NCBI GenBank assembly: GCA_039811685.1
Contig: JBDHZC010000001.1
Span: forward strand, 384,001 to 448,000
Source of the DNA: Armatimonadota bacterium
GTDB taxonomy: Bacteria > Armatimonadota > UBA5829 > DSUL01
Length of the DNA stretch: 64,000 nucleotides
Reading direction: 5' to 3'
Position 1 is the stretch's first letter. Each line of letters begins with the position of its first letter. Shown piece by piece: positions 40,780 through 49,722 of the stretch. The notes below the pieces were generated by a model. That model was not told where the DNA came from. It did not search any database and saw only the letters and a list, made by a program, of their open reading frames with translations. The translations under genes were made by a program, and so were the position numbers.

Positions 40780-40829
40780 ATTACTGACGCCCGGCAGGAG
40801 ACTGCGCCGGGTGTAAGGAATTGCAGATT

Positions 40830-40876
40830 AGCTCCGGTTGATTGGCGTGAGTTACCAGGCCAGCCGGAGCTTCTTT
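40830..40876 (+). terminator. Probable intrinsic terminator after htpX
   Basis: AGCTCCGG...CCGGAGCT stem followed by TCTTT. Confidence 0.55.
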
Positions 40877-40917
40877 GTGACTACCAGATATTATTGTTAC
40901 TCTCGCGCTAGGAATAT

Positions 40918-41985
40918 ATGAAAGTTGGCATAATCGGTAAGCCCGGATCGGGCAAAACAACGCTGTTCCAGGCTATCTCGCGCGGACAGGCTCAGCATTC
41001 GCACACAAAAGAGCCTGTGCACTCCGTCGTTACAGTACCTGACCCCCGCTTTGAGTACTTCGTCGGCCTGTACAACCCCAAGAAGATCAGTCCTGCTACG
41101 ATTGACTTTGTAGATGATATAGCCAGGCTCGGTACCGATAGAGGCAGGGAGTATTCTGACGAAGCGATGGGCGAGCTGCGCACTGCGGATGCCCTCGTTC
41201 TGGTCGTTGACGCTTTTGAAACGTCCCCACCCGACCCGGACAATGTCCAGAGTGAAGTTATGCAGTTCATGGAAGAGCTGACATTTCGAGACTTGATGGT
41301 TCTGGAGAACAGGCTGGAGCGCATTGCCAAACAGCTTCGCGGGCCGCAGGCGGCGCAGAATCTGCGGGTGGAACAACAGGCTGTAGAAAAAATGAAGGCC
41401 GCCTTGGAGCAGGGACAACGGTACTCAGACGTTCAGCTCGACGAGACGGAACGCAAATCACTGGCCGGTTTTCAACTACTGACAGCCAAACCGACAGTCG
41501 TCGCCATCAACGTGGGTGAAGATATTGCCTCTGAAGCCGATGAGCTCTTCTCGGCAACCCTTGGGTACCTCACGTCTATTGGCATCCAGGGGTTCTGCCT
41601 TTCTGCGGACATCGAAAAGGAGATATCTGAGCTGGAGGAGGCTGACCAGAAGGAGTATCTTGCTGGACTGGGCATTTCAGAGCCTGTCGCCGACAAGATG
41701 ATTCGCGCCATCTACTCAAGCTGCAGGCTCATTACTTTTTTCACTGTGAGCGAAAAAGAGGTGCACGCGTGGCCGCTGCGCACAGGCAGCACAGCTCTTG
41801 AGGCGGCGGACAGCATTCACTCCGACCTTGCCAGGGGGTTCATCCGGGCGGAGGTGGTGTCATGGGAAGATATCCGCGAGGCTGAAGGCTGGGATCCCGC
41901 CAAGGCTGCAGGAAAGCTGAAACTTGTCGGCAAAGAGCACATCATAGAAGATGGCGACTCGCTGTTCATTCGTTTCAAGGTCTAG
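40918..41985 (+). CDS. YchF-like (DUF933/TGS) NTPase, divergent paralog
   Basis: P-loop GKPGSGKTT, VPDPR, LLTAKP, IHSDLARGFIRAEVV, TGS C-terminus. Confidence 0.85.
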   Translation: MKVGIIGKPGSGKTTLFQAISRGQAQHSHTKEPVHSVVTVPDPRFEYFVGLYNPKKISPATIDFVDDIARLGTDRGREYSDEAMGELRTADALVLVVDAFETSPPDPDNVQSEVMQFMEELTFRDLMVLENRLERIAKQLRGPQAAQNLRVEQQAVEKMKAALEQGQRYSDVQLDETERKSLAGFQLLTAKPTVVAINVGEDIASEADELFSATLGYLTSIGIQGFCLSADIEKEISELEEADQKEYLAGLGISEPVADKMIRAIYSSCRLITFFTVSEKEVHAWPLRTGSTALEAADSIHSDLARGFIRAEVVSWEDIREAEGWDPAKAAGKLKLVGKEHIIEDGDSLFIRFKV

Positions 41986-42014
41986 CGTAACCTGGTCGCT
42001 TCTCAGGAGGATTT

Positions 42015-42806
42015 ATGAAACTATCGTGCCAGGAAGGACTCCTGCCGGGAGCATCTCTGGAGGACAAGCTGACGAACCTCAAGCGGTTCGGCTATGAAGC
42101 TCTTGAAGTGTGGGGAGCCGGATTGGGAGACCGCGTCAGCGAGCTTTCTGCAGCGTCGAAGACGACAAATGTTCCGGTTGGTTCAATATGCGCCGGATTT
42201 AGAGGCTGTCCTCTCGATGCGACCAAAGCCGAACGCGACCTGGCGTGGAATGACATTAAGGACATTTTGAAGGCCGCCGGCAAGCTCGGATCCGTGGGAG
42301 TCATAATGGTGCCAGTCTTCGGCCCCCCACGCCTGCCCGACCTCAGCCCGCTGCAGGACGCTGTCTCTCTTGAGCTTGAGCTGTTTGTCGCCCAACTCAA
42401 AGACGCCGCCCCTGTCGCAGCAGACGCCGGTACACTGATTCTTATCGAACCTCTGAACAGATACGAGACTCACCTCATAAAGACTCTGGAAGATGCAGTG
42501 CGCGTCTGCGAGCGCGTGGATCACCCAAGCGTGAGAATAATGGCAGACTTCTTCCACATGTCTATCGAGGAGGCTGATATCCCTGCTGCAATCCGAAAGG
42601 CGGGTGACTGGATAGCGCATGTCCATCTGGCGGACAGCAACCGCCTGCTTCCGGGGCTCGGCCATACGGATTTCAGGAGCGGATTTGCGGCCCTCAAGGA
42701 CATTGGCTTTGACGGCTTTATGGCTCTGGAATGTGGAGTGCCCGAGCCTGCCAATGATTCGCTCACAAAATCAGCACAGTACCTCAAGAGCTGCCTGCCG
42801 GCTTAG
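42015..42806 (+). CDS. Sugar phosphate isomerase/epimerase (xylose isomerase-like TIM barrel)
   Basis: IEPLNRYE, DFFHMSIEE, HVHLADSNR..PG.GH.DF, ALEC. Confidence 0.88.
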   Translation: MKLSCQEGLLPGASLEDKLTNLKRFGYEALEVWGAGLGDRVSELSAASKTTNVPVGSICAGFRGCPLDATKAERDLAWNDIKDILKAAGKLGSVGVIMVPVFGPPRLPDLSPLQDAVSLELELFVAQLKDAAPVAADAGTLILIEPLNRYETHLIKTLEDAVRVCERVDHPSVRIMADFFHMSIEEADIPAAIRKAGDWIAHVHLADSNRLLPGLGHTDFRSGFAALKDIGFDGFMALECGVPEPANDSLTKSAQYLKSCLPA

Positions 42807-42826
42807 TCCGCACAGGGTGAAATGTG

Positions 42827-42858
42827 AAAAGACCCGGCCTGCGTAATGCCGGGTCTTT
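42827..42858. terminator. Bidirectional intrinsic terminator
   Basis: AAAAGACCCGGC-N9-GCCGGGTCTTT between the convergent epimerase and rpsR genes. Confidence 0.7.
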
Positions 42859-42885
42859 ACTCTTGTTATCGTATGACTCTTGCGA

Positions 42886-43128
42886 CTACTGCGCCACGTA
42901 GGGCAACAGCGCAATGTGGCGAGCTCTCTTCACAGCGGCGGCCATCATTCGCTGATGCCTGGCGCAGTTGCCCGAGGACTGCCGGGGCAAAATCTTGCCC
43001 CTATCTGACAAATATCGTCGCAATCGACCCACGTTCTTGTAGTCAATGATCTCAATGTGGTCAACGCAGAAAGCGCAGACTTTGCGGCGCGGGCGTCGAA
43101 ACTTCCCGCCTCTTTTTGGTGGTGGCAC
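42886..43128 (-). CDS. rpsR: 30S ribosomal protein S18
   Basis: [36 protein letters not shown]. Confidence 0.97.
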   Translation of the reverse strand: MPPPKRGGKFRRPRRKVCAFCVDHIEIIDYKNVGRLRRYLSDRGKILPRQSSGNCARHQRMMAAAVKRARHIALLPYVAQ

Positions 43129-43196
43129 TGTTTTATCGATCCTCCTTAGAAACTGTAGTGGTCAACAGACAATCGTCGACGGAACAACCTTTGGCT

Positions 43197-43631
43197 CTAC
43201 TCATCATGAAACGGATCATCTTCGTAGGCGCCTACATCGGTAAACTCCGCTTCTCCCTCAGACGGGCTTGGCGCTGGTGAATACCCGCTGCCTGCAGGCG
43301 CACTGCCCTCACGCGGACGGTCCAGTCCCTGCAGGTTGTCCGCGACAATCTCAGCACTGCGGCGCTTTGTGCCGTCTTGAGCGACCCAATCCCGTATCTG
43401 TAGCCGGCCTTCTACGGCGACCAGACGGCCCTTAGTAAGATAGTTGGAGGCAAACTCCGCAGATTGACGCCATGCGACAACGTCAATGAAGTCAGTCTGT
43501 TTCTCACCGTCGCGCGTCTTCCGATTGCGATCTACAGCGACACCCATCTGGGCGACCGGGATGCCGTCTGCCGTGTATCGCAGCTCGGGGTCGCGAGTCA
43601 GCCGGCCAATAATAATGATCCTGTTCAGCAT
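43197..43631 (-). CDS. ssb: Single-stranded DNA-binding protein
   Basis: MLNRIIIIGRLTRDPELRYT, VEGRLQ, acidic DDPF tail. Confidence 0.96.
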   Translation of the reverse strand: MLNRIIIIGRLTRDPELRYTADGIPVAQMGVAVDRNRKTRDGEKQTDFIDVVAWRQSAEFASNYLTKGRLVAVEGRLQIRDWVAQDGTKRRSAEIVADNLQGLDRPREGSAPAGSGYSPAPSPSEGEAEFTDVGAYEDDPFHDE

Positions 43632-43651
43632 CAAACGCTCCTTTGCGTCTC

Positions 43652-44272
43652 TCAGGCCTCTTCGGTCGCCGGAGCTTCCGGCTCGCTATCACCAGCGCTC
43701 TCATCAGGGGCAGGCTCTGAGGCGGCTTGCTCTTCGGCAGCGGGTTCCGCCGTCTCAACCACTTCGGCCTGACTATCCGGCGCTGGCGACTCGTCCGGCG
43801 TCGATTCCGCCTGCTCTCCCGATGGAGTCTCAGTCTGCTCGGCTCCTTCACCACCCTCAGGAGGTGCTTCGGTGGACTCAGGACGTGGAGCGGAATCGCG
43901 GCGCCCTCGAGATCGGCGATCGTCGTAGTCATCAGGTCCGCGCTCAGGAAGCTCTTCCGGCACCGTATCGGTGGCGGTCGGGTCAAGGTCTTCAGCGCGG
44001 ACAATCAGATGTCTGATGATATGCTCTGAAAACTTCAGCGCCCGGTCGAGTTCGTTGACGGCCTCTGGTTCGGAGTTGAACCGCACCTGAATATAAACGC
44101 CTTCGCGCACGCGGTCAATCTCGTACGCCAGACGGCGGCGGCCCCAGAGGTTGGTGGAAAGAAGTTCTGCGCCGTTTTCATTCAACACTGACTGAAAGCG
44201 AGCAGACAGGTCATCGATCTGCTCATCGGCAACCTGAGGGTGTACAATGTACAGACACTCGTATTCTCGCAA
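43652..44272 (-). CDS. rpsF: 30S ribosomal protein S6 with long acidic C-terminal extension
   Basis: MREYE..YI..P, WGRRRLAYEI, IIRHLIV; TTG start, GGGAGG SD. Confidence 0.95.
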   Translation of the reverse strand: MREYECLYIVHPQVADEQIDDLSARFQSVLNENGAELLSTNLWGRRRLAYEIDRVREGVYIQVRFNSEPEAVNELDRALKFSEHIIRHLIVRAEDLDPTATDTVPEELPERGPDDYDDRRSRGRRDSAPRPESTEAPPEGGEGAEQTETPSGEQAESTPDESPAPDSQAEVVETAEPAAEEQAASEPAPDESAGDSEPEAPATEEA

Positions 44273-44276
44273 ATAT

Positions 44277-44384
44277 ACCTCCCATGGATCGTTGCTAGCT
44301 CACGAGCCCGGCGCTGCGAGCGCTCCGGGCGGGAAGCAGCAGAATGTGAAGTTGTCGGCAGCCCCACATTGTCAATAGGGAGCC
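44277..44384 (-). promoter_or_regulatory. Structured rpsF leader, likely S6:S18-binding autoregulatory RNA
   Basis: Minus-strand CTCCC can pair with the SD GGGAG; internal stems AATGTGGGG/CTTCACATT and GCCCGG...CCGGGC. Confidence 0.5.
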
Positions 44385-44582
44385 GCACCTAACGATTATG
44401 CCCGATATGTGCGAGGTTCGCTACACGCGAAAGACCAGTTCATGGACAGGGCGAGATAATCGTGTACGCAGGAATCACTAACAGATGTTCTAGACGGCTG
44501 CGACTGATCTAGAGCCCCGCAGTGCTACCTGGAAACAACGTAGAAACGTCTACAGCAGGCTTCGCCACGCTATAATGGATAT

Positions 44583-45287
44583 ATGCGACCCACTCTAGCC
44601 ACTCTTACGTGTCTTCTTCTGTTTCCATGTGGTGTTCCTGGAAATACCACGCCAGCAGAACACAGTGCAACACCGCCAAAATGCATCAAAGTGAACATTA
44701 CAGACGTCACGAACGGCGCCTCTATGTCCGTACGCCCTCGCGCGCAGACATCAGCTTCGCATCCCACGCTGTCTTCGCGCGTGAAATGGTTACAGTGCAC
44801 AGATCAGTCTTCTCGTTTTCAGGTGGACGTGCCGGCGTCGTGGAGCTTCACGATGGAGCCGGACCAAGACGCGGTAAGACGTACTTACTATGCTCCAGAG
44901 TATCATGCGTCTGTTATGCTTGAAGTGGGTGAGATGAGCGCCGATTCGCCAAGGCGCATCTGGGAGTCACGCGACCGGCAACTGCGCAACGTATTCCCGA
45001 AGAGTTATATCCTGGATTCCATCACGTCTGGGATGCTGGGAGGTCAGGCTGCTTCAATCTGGACGTATACAATCCAGGATGCTGGTGGAAAAGTCCTGCG
45101 GAAGAGGGATATTGCCGTGCAGAGCAAGAAGAGGCTGTACACTCTCCGTTTTTGTGCTCCGGCAGATACGTTTTCAAAATGGCAGGAAGTCTTTGACCAC
45201 ATTGAGAAGAGCTACCGTTTTCTGGCCGAGGACCGCCCGAGTGGACGCGTACTCACAGCCTGGGCACAGCTAGACTGCGCTCTATGA
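44583..45287 (+). CDS. Exported hypothetical protein, PsbP/Mog1-like fold
   Basis: Hydrophobic N-terminus; F.V.VPASW...GGQAA...Y.L.F.A....F.....VF..I..S pattern. Confidence 0.55.
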   Translation: MRPTLATLTCLLLFPCGVPGNTTPAEHSATPPKCIKVNITDVTNGASMSVRPRAQTSASHPTLSSRVKWLQCTDQSSRFQVDVPASWSFTMEPDQDAVRRTYYAPEYHASVMLEVGEMSADSPRRIWESRDRQLRNVFPKSYILDSITSGMLGGQAASIWTYTIQDAGGKVLRKRDIAVQSKKRLYTLRFCAPADTFSKWQEVFDHIEKSYRFLAEDRPSGRVLTAWAQLDCAL

Positions 45288-45853
45288 CACAAGACCCACC
45301 TGTTATTTTGTCCCTTTTTGTTGGACTTCCCCGGACTGTAACAACAAACGGACAGACCTGGCGCTCCGGAATCTGGAAAGAATCTGTCGAAGGGCCGGTC
45401 TATCTCTCCAGAACATCGCTTGAAGGGGATGCCGTTGCCGATACGAAAGCGCACGGTGGCCCAGACAAAGCAGTCTTAGCCTATTCAGTACACCACTACG
45501 ACTACTGGCGTGAGGTGTTTGGCAGAATACTGCCTATAGGCTCCTTCGGCGAGAACTTCACAGTCTCCGGAATGACGGAGGCTTCAATTCATCCTGGCGA
45601 TATCTTTGAGGTGGGACAGGCATTAATCCAGGTCTCGCAACCGCGAGTCCCGTGCTGGAAGCTTGCCCGACGGCTTGAGCGTGAAACAATCATTCAAGAG
45701 ATTATCTACACTGGATACTCGGGTTGGTACTTTCGCGTCCTGCAGGAGGGAAAGGTTCAGGCAGGCGATATTCTGCTGCTCAAGGAGGCTGCTGACGCTC
45801 CAACAGTGAGTGAGGTAAGCGAGGCAAAGTACCGCACCAAAGGCTTGCTCTGA
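45284..45853 (+). CDS. MOSC domain protein (YiiM-like)
   Basis: SGIWK, HGGPDKAV, FGENFT, VSQPRVPCWKL, GWYFRVL.EG. Confidence 0.92.
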   Translation: MTQDPPVILSLFVGLPRTVTTNGQTWRSGIWKESVEGPVYLSRTSLEGDAVADTKAHGGPDKAVLAYSVHHYDYWREVFGRILPIGSFGENFTVSGMTEASIHPGDIFEVGQALIQVSQPRVPCWKLARRLERETIIQEIIYTGYSGWYFRVLQEGKVQAGDILLLKEAADAPTVSEVSEAKYRTKGLL

Positions 45854-45884
45854 TTCTACGCAGCCAGTCCGACGCTGGGCGCCA

Positions 45885-48800
45885 CTACAGAGGCTCGATA
45901 TCAGAAGCGCGCCGAGCCAGAAGAACGTTCTGAATTTCTCCAGTCTCGCTGGACTCAGTGGTGCGAATCCCCGTAACCTTCACATAGGATCCAATCACCG
46001 GAATATCCTTCGAGTACACTTTGATCCTCAGCGCTCCAGTTTGTCCATTCTCGAGGAAGAAGTATGTTGAATCACCAGCGCTCACGCGTCCCGCAGCGCT
46101 CACAAGCAGCGCATGTGTGTCCGGCCGAGGTGCAAGCAGCGCCTGACCCATGATAAACGGCGGCTTAACAGGGGTCGCGGCCCCTGAGGGGACAACTGCG
46201 TCCGCATTCACGTATCTCTCGCCGTTTGACGCCGTAACGATCTCGCCGGCTACGGTCACTCTCGCGTTCTCAGAAGGAAAGTCTCCACTCCACTGAACCT
46301 TGATGCCTGAAGAGCGATCAGGATTCTCTACGTAGAACACGCCTCTGTCCGCAAAGACCGCAGTCACAACGCGCTCGTCAATTGAGACATGAGTGCCGTC
46401 TGGGAGCTTCTTCAGGGACCCTATGCTCGTATACACCGGACTGGCGATGCCCGGAGTGAATACGAAGCTGGTAACGGAGTGTGCCGGAAAGCTGTACTCG
46501 GAGCCGTTCACAAAGGTGATAGTAGATTTCTTTGGTCTAACCCGTTGCGTATTTGTTACGTCGTTGTAGTCCCACGGGCTCGCGGAACTGAGCTCCCAGA
46601 CACCTGCGGTGTACGCTCCTGTGGGGTTATTCGCAGCATTAGTCAGATTGATAACAGCAGAATGTGAGCTGGACATGTCTTTGTTGATAACCATCAGATA
46701 AAGCCCGCCCTCCGAGTCTTTTCCGCCGATGGCTGTCAACGCCGAAATACTCCGAGTCGTTTCAAGCATGCTCAGGGAGTCAGCAGAAAAGTCAAATGTC
46801 GGCGACCCAACAACTCTTGTTTCCGTGAGCGCCTCTCCGAGTCTCGTCGCAAACATCTGCATCACATAGTAAAGCGGATTCTTTACGACCACATCGTAAA
46901 TTGACGTAACATTGAAACAGCTCATGGGATTTCCAAGTGTCACACCCTGCCCCATCCCGTCCATCAATGGGAACAGCGCAGACGATTCCACAAACGCCCG
47001 GTTTTCAACGAGCACGCGCTGAATGTCAGCGGCAGCTATCCCTGCCATAAGCGTCCGGCTCTTGGAATAGTTTCCGGTACCGCTCGGCACACCACTATCC
47101 CATCCGAAATTGACATTCCACTCACTTAACCTGAGCTTGTAGCCCGGATTGGCATTTGGCAGTGTGAGACCTAGAAGGTCCCTAAGCCCCTTAATGCGCG
47201 CATCCGCCACTGCGCTGGCTGCCATAGTCTCCAGGTACAGCTGTTGAAGATCAGTTTGTTGCCGGCTGAAGGGCAGATAGAGATGAGCCTGAGTCCTGTC
47301 CAGATCTGATGGCAACTGTTGGAAAATGAACTGAAGGTTTTGACGCGCGGGATCAGTCAACTTCATCTGTCCATCAAGATAGGCGTACACACTGACCTTG
47401 ATCGACGGGTCTACTGCCCGCATGCGCGTTACGTAATCGGTCATAGCGGTGACGAAAGCGCCTCGAGTATCCGGCGGAGGATTGCCTCCGTAAGGATCTC
47501 CACCGAAAGGCTCATTGGCAATTTCGAATAACCGCACGTTGTACGGCATTGGATGCCCGTTGGCTGCCCTGATCTGCGCCCAGTCAACACCTCCGTTAGG
47601 GTTCGTACCATCATTCGGAGAGTTGCAATACTCTACGAGATCAACAGCGTCTTCAACCGCCGCATTGTACGCTCCGGCAGACGTTGGCGGGTCCATTGGA
47701 GCAGGCGGTGATCCGGGCCACCGGAATCGCAGTGTCAGGAGAGGTTCGATGTTCCTGGCTTCACAATACTGGAGAAACTCATCCAGCCCGAACTTGACGA
47801 CTTCGGACACTCCAGACAGTTGATCACAATCGTTGGTGTACATGGGTGGCCTCAGGTTGACTGGGCCGATTGTCTGCTTCCAGTAGAAGGTGTCCGCAAA
47901 GCAGCCACCTGGGTACCTCAAAAGACCCACATTGAGTTCGTCCAGGGCATTTTGGACGATACTAGGCAGCGCTTTGGTGCCGGGATCGTAAATCTGACTC
48001 CAGTAGAGCCACAGCGAATTGTATCCCAGTAAGTTCGAGGGAAAAGCGCCAAGCGACGTCCCCGCATCAAGATTGACCCTGGGACGCACATCTTTCTTGA
48101 TGCCGAGATTGTCCACCCAACACTCAACACCATCGTTCCAGTCGCTGGAGACACAAGCATTCGTTACAACTCGAACTCCGAGGTCGTAAGTACCGTCAGA
48201 AAATGCAGCGTAAGTATGCTCCAGCCCATCAAACGCGTTGTCATCGACGCCGTCCAGGACCCAGTCCGCATCCGAGCTGGAACTGCCAGGACGCCAGTAG
48301 AACTCTGCCCGGTTCGGAGTGAACGGATCTCGCGCTGTGTTACTGCTGGGGATCTCCACCGGGTAGTTGATTACTTTGAGTTGCGGAGTCGTGTTGCTGA
48401 TCACTGCCCCTGGCGGATACGCGTCTTTGTCCACGGAAAACACAGCTTTGGTTGTCGAACGCATCAACCTGATCCACGCAATTTCGATATGCGTGTTTTT
48501 TCGAGTGCTTGGGGCGACCATTATCCGACGAAGACTTCCGCCGCACAGAGGGTGATCTCCTAAGAGAACATTGTAAACGCGCCACTGGTTGTCTCCGTAG
48601 CTGCGAAATCTTACAGCACGGTTGCCGGAAAAATCTGGTTGATCGAGTCTCGTCCAGTACACAGCGCCGTAACTTTGAGGAAATGTACCTCCTGCCACGT
48701 CTCTGATCCGGGCCTTTATCTGGACATACGCGCTACAGGTGAGCGGGATATCTCCGGGTATGAAGTCAGCGCTGATAATTCCGAAATTCGAGGCGTCCGA

Positions 48801-48986
48801 CGTATCGCCCGACCAGTAGCCGTCGCCGACCTGCACATTCAGCCATGGAGGTGGCGTTCCTGTGGTGGCTTTCCACCCCAGATCCTCTCCCACGGATGAA
48901 AAAGTCCAGTCACTATCGACGATGTCGGCATGAGCGGCAATCGAGAGCAAGCACAGAAGCAGTGTGACGCGACAAAAAAGCTGCAA
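45885..48986 (-). CDS. Secreted GH51-like (alpha-L-arabinofuranosidase-like) protein with C-terminal tandem OB-like module
   Basis: Signal peptide; LRYPGGCFADTFYWK..IGP, FGLDEFL, VEYCN, RAANGHP.PYNV..FEIANE, LSEWN, FPAHSVT. Confidence 0.82.
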   Translation of the reverse strand: MQLFCRVTLLLCLLSIAAHADIVDSDWTFSSVGEDLGWKATTGTPPPWLNVQVGDGYWSGDTSDASNFGIISADFIPGDIPLTCSAYVQIKARIRDVAGGTFPQSYGAVYWTRLDQPDFSGNRAVRFRSYGDNQWRVYNVLLGDHPLCGGSLRRIMVAPSTRKNTHIEIAWIRLMRSTTKAVFSVDKDAYPPGAVISNTTPQLKVINYPVEIPSSNTARDPFTPNRAEFYWRPGSSSSDADWVLDGVDDNAFDGLEHTYAAFSDGTYDLGVRVVTNACVSSDWNDGVECWVDNLGIKKDVRPRVNLDAGTSLGAFPSNLLGYNSLWLYWSQIYDPGTKALPSIVQNALDELNVGLLRYPGGCFADTFYWKQTIGPVNLRPPMYTNDCDQLSGVSEVVKFGLDEFLQYCEARNIEPLLTLRFRWPGSPPAPMDPPTSAGAYNAAVEDAVDLVEYCNSPNDGTNPNGGVDWAQIRAANGHPMPYNVRLFEIANEPFGGDPYGGNPPPDTRGAFVTAMTDYVTRMRAVDPSIKVSVYAYLDGQMKLTDPARQNLQFIFQQLPSDLDRTQAHLYLPFSRQQTDLQQLYLETMAASAVADARIKGLRDLLGLTLPNANPGYKLRLSEWNVNFGWDSGVPSGTGNYSKSRTLMAGIAAADIQRVLVENRAFVESSALFPLMDGMGQGVTLGNPMSCFNVTSIYDVVVKNPLYYVMQMFATRLGEALTETRVVGSPTFDFSADSLSMLETTRSISALTAIGGKDSEGGLYLMVINKDMSSSHSAVINLTNAANNPTGAYTAGVWELSSASPWDYNDVTNTQRVRPKKSTITFVNGSEYSFPAHSVTSFVFTPGIASPVYTSIGSLKKLPDGTHVSIDERVVTAVFADRGVFYVENPDRSSGIKVQWSGDFPSENARVTVAGEIVTASNGERYVNADAVVPSGAATPVKPPFIMGQALLAPRPDTHALLVSAAGRVSAGDSTYFFLENGQTGALRIKVYSKDIPVIGSYVKVTGIRTTESSETGEIQNVLLARRASDIEPL

Positions 48987-49344
48987 TGCGATCCCTCTTC
49001 AACCCAGCACGCAAACACCCGGAAAGAGTCCAGAACAGGGACCAACCTGGAAAAGAGTTTGGGGCTGAATTGTCAGCGTAAGAGCCGGGGCCAGCGCGGG
49101 GATAAGCTCTTTGCGAGTCCATCAACACATTTATCAGTAATGATGCACCCGTCAAAATAACAGGTATATCTGCTCCGTGTCAAATTTGCCGAGCAACGGA
49201 GCCCTGTCCGAAGACCCCCATGGCAGCTTCTCTATCAATCGTGGGGTGACCAAAAAGTGTGGAAAACAGTATAATCCTGTGAGAAGATCGATTGGCACTC
49301 AGTGGGCAGATGAGGCCGCAAAGCGGCGTAACCAGAGAAGCTGG

Positions 49345-49560
49345 CTACACCGCTCGCAAGACTTTGCCAGCCTTCAGACACCGGGTGCACACTTTCAGGC
49401 GAGTCGGTGTCCCTTTGACCAGCGTGTGGACAGTCTGTAGATTCGGACGCCACTGATTCTTTGTACGGGGGGCTCGCAGCGCCCAGGAGCCAGAGTGGCG
49501 GTGTCGAATGTTCTGACCGTGCTGAGATCCCTTGCCACAGATTGCGCAGTTTCCTGCCAT
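49345..49560 (-). CDS. rpmB: 50S ribosomal protein L28
   Basis: CAICGK...G.N...T...WRPNLQ...KVCTRCLK; AAAGGA SD. Confidence 0.93.
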   Translation of the reverse strand: MAGNCAICGKGSQHGQNIRHRHSGSWALRAPRTKNQWRPNLQTVHTLVKGTPTRLKVCTRCLKAGKVLRAV

Positions 49561-49722
49561 TACTAGTCCTTTCAACGCGGGGATATGACCGCGTCAAGTT
49601 GATTTTTCGATATGCGCTGCGCGCGTACGCAAGCCCGTGAAAAAAACGAGCCGGCTCAGTATGATAGCACAGTCGCCAACCCAGGCGCAACGCAAGTCAA
49701 GCGCGACGCAGGCGCATTCATT

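Noticed and set aside
44479..44490. TAAC-AGAT-GTTC, near match to the Gram-positive LexA box upstream of rpsF-ssb
   Set aside because: One mismatch, single site, about 200 nt from the start, and no proper box before uvrC; not distinguishable from chance.
49258..49266. DnaA box-like TTTTCCACA (minus strand)
   Set aside because: Single box, no cluster or unwinding element, and no dnaA nearby.
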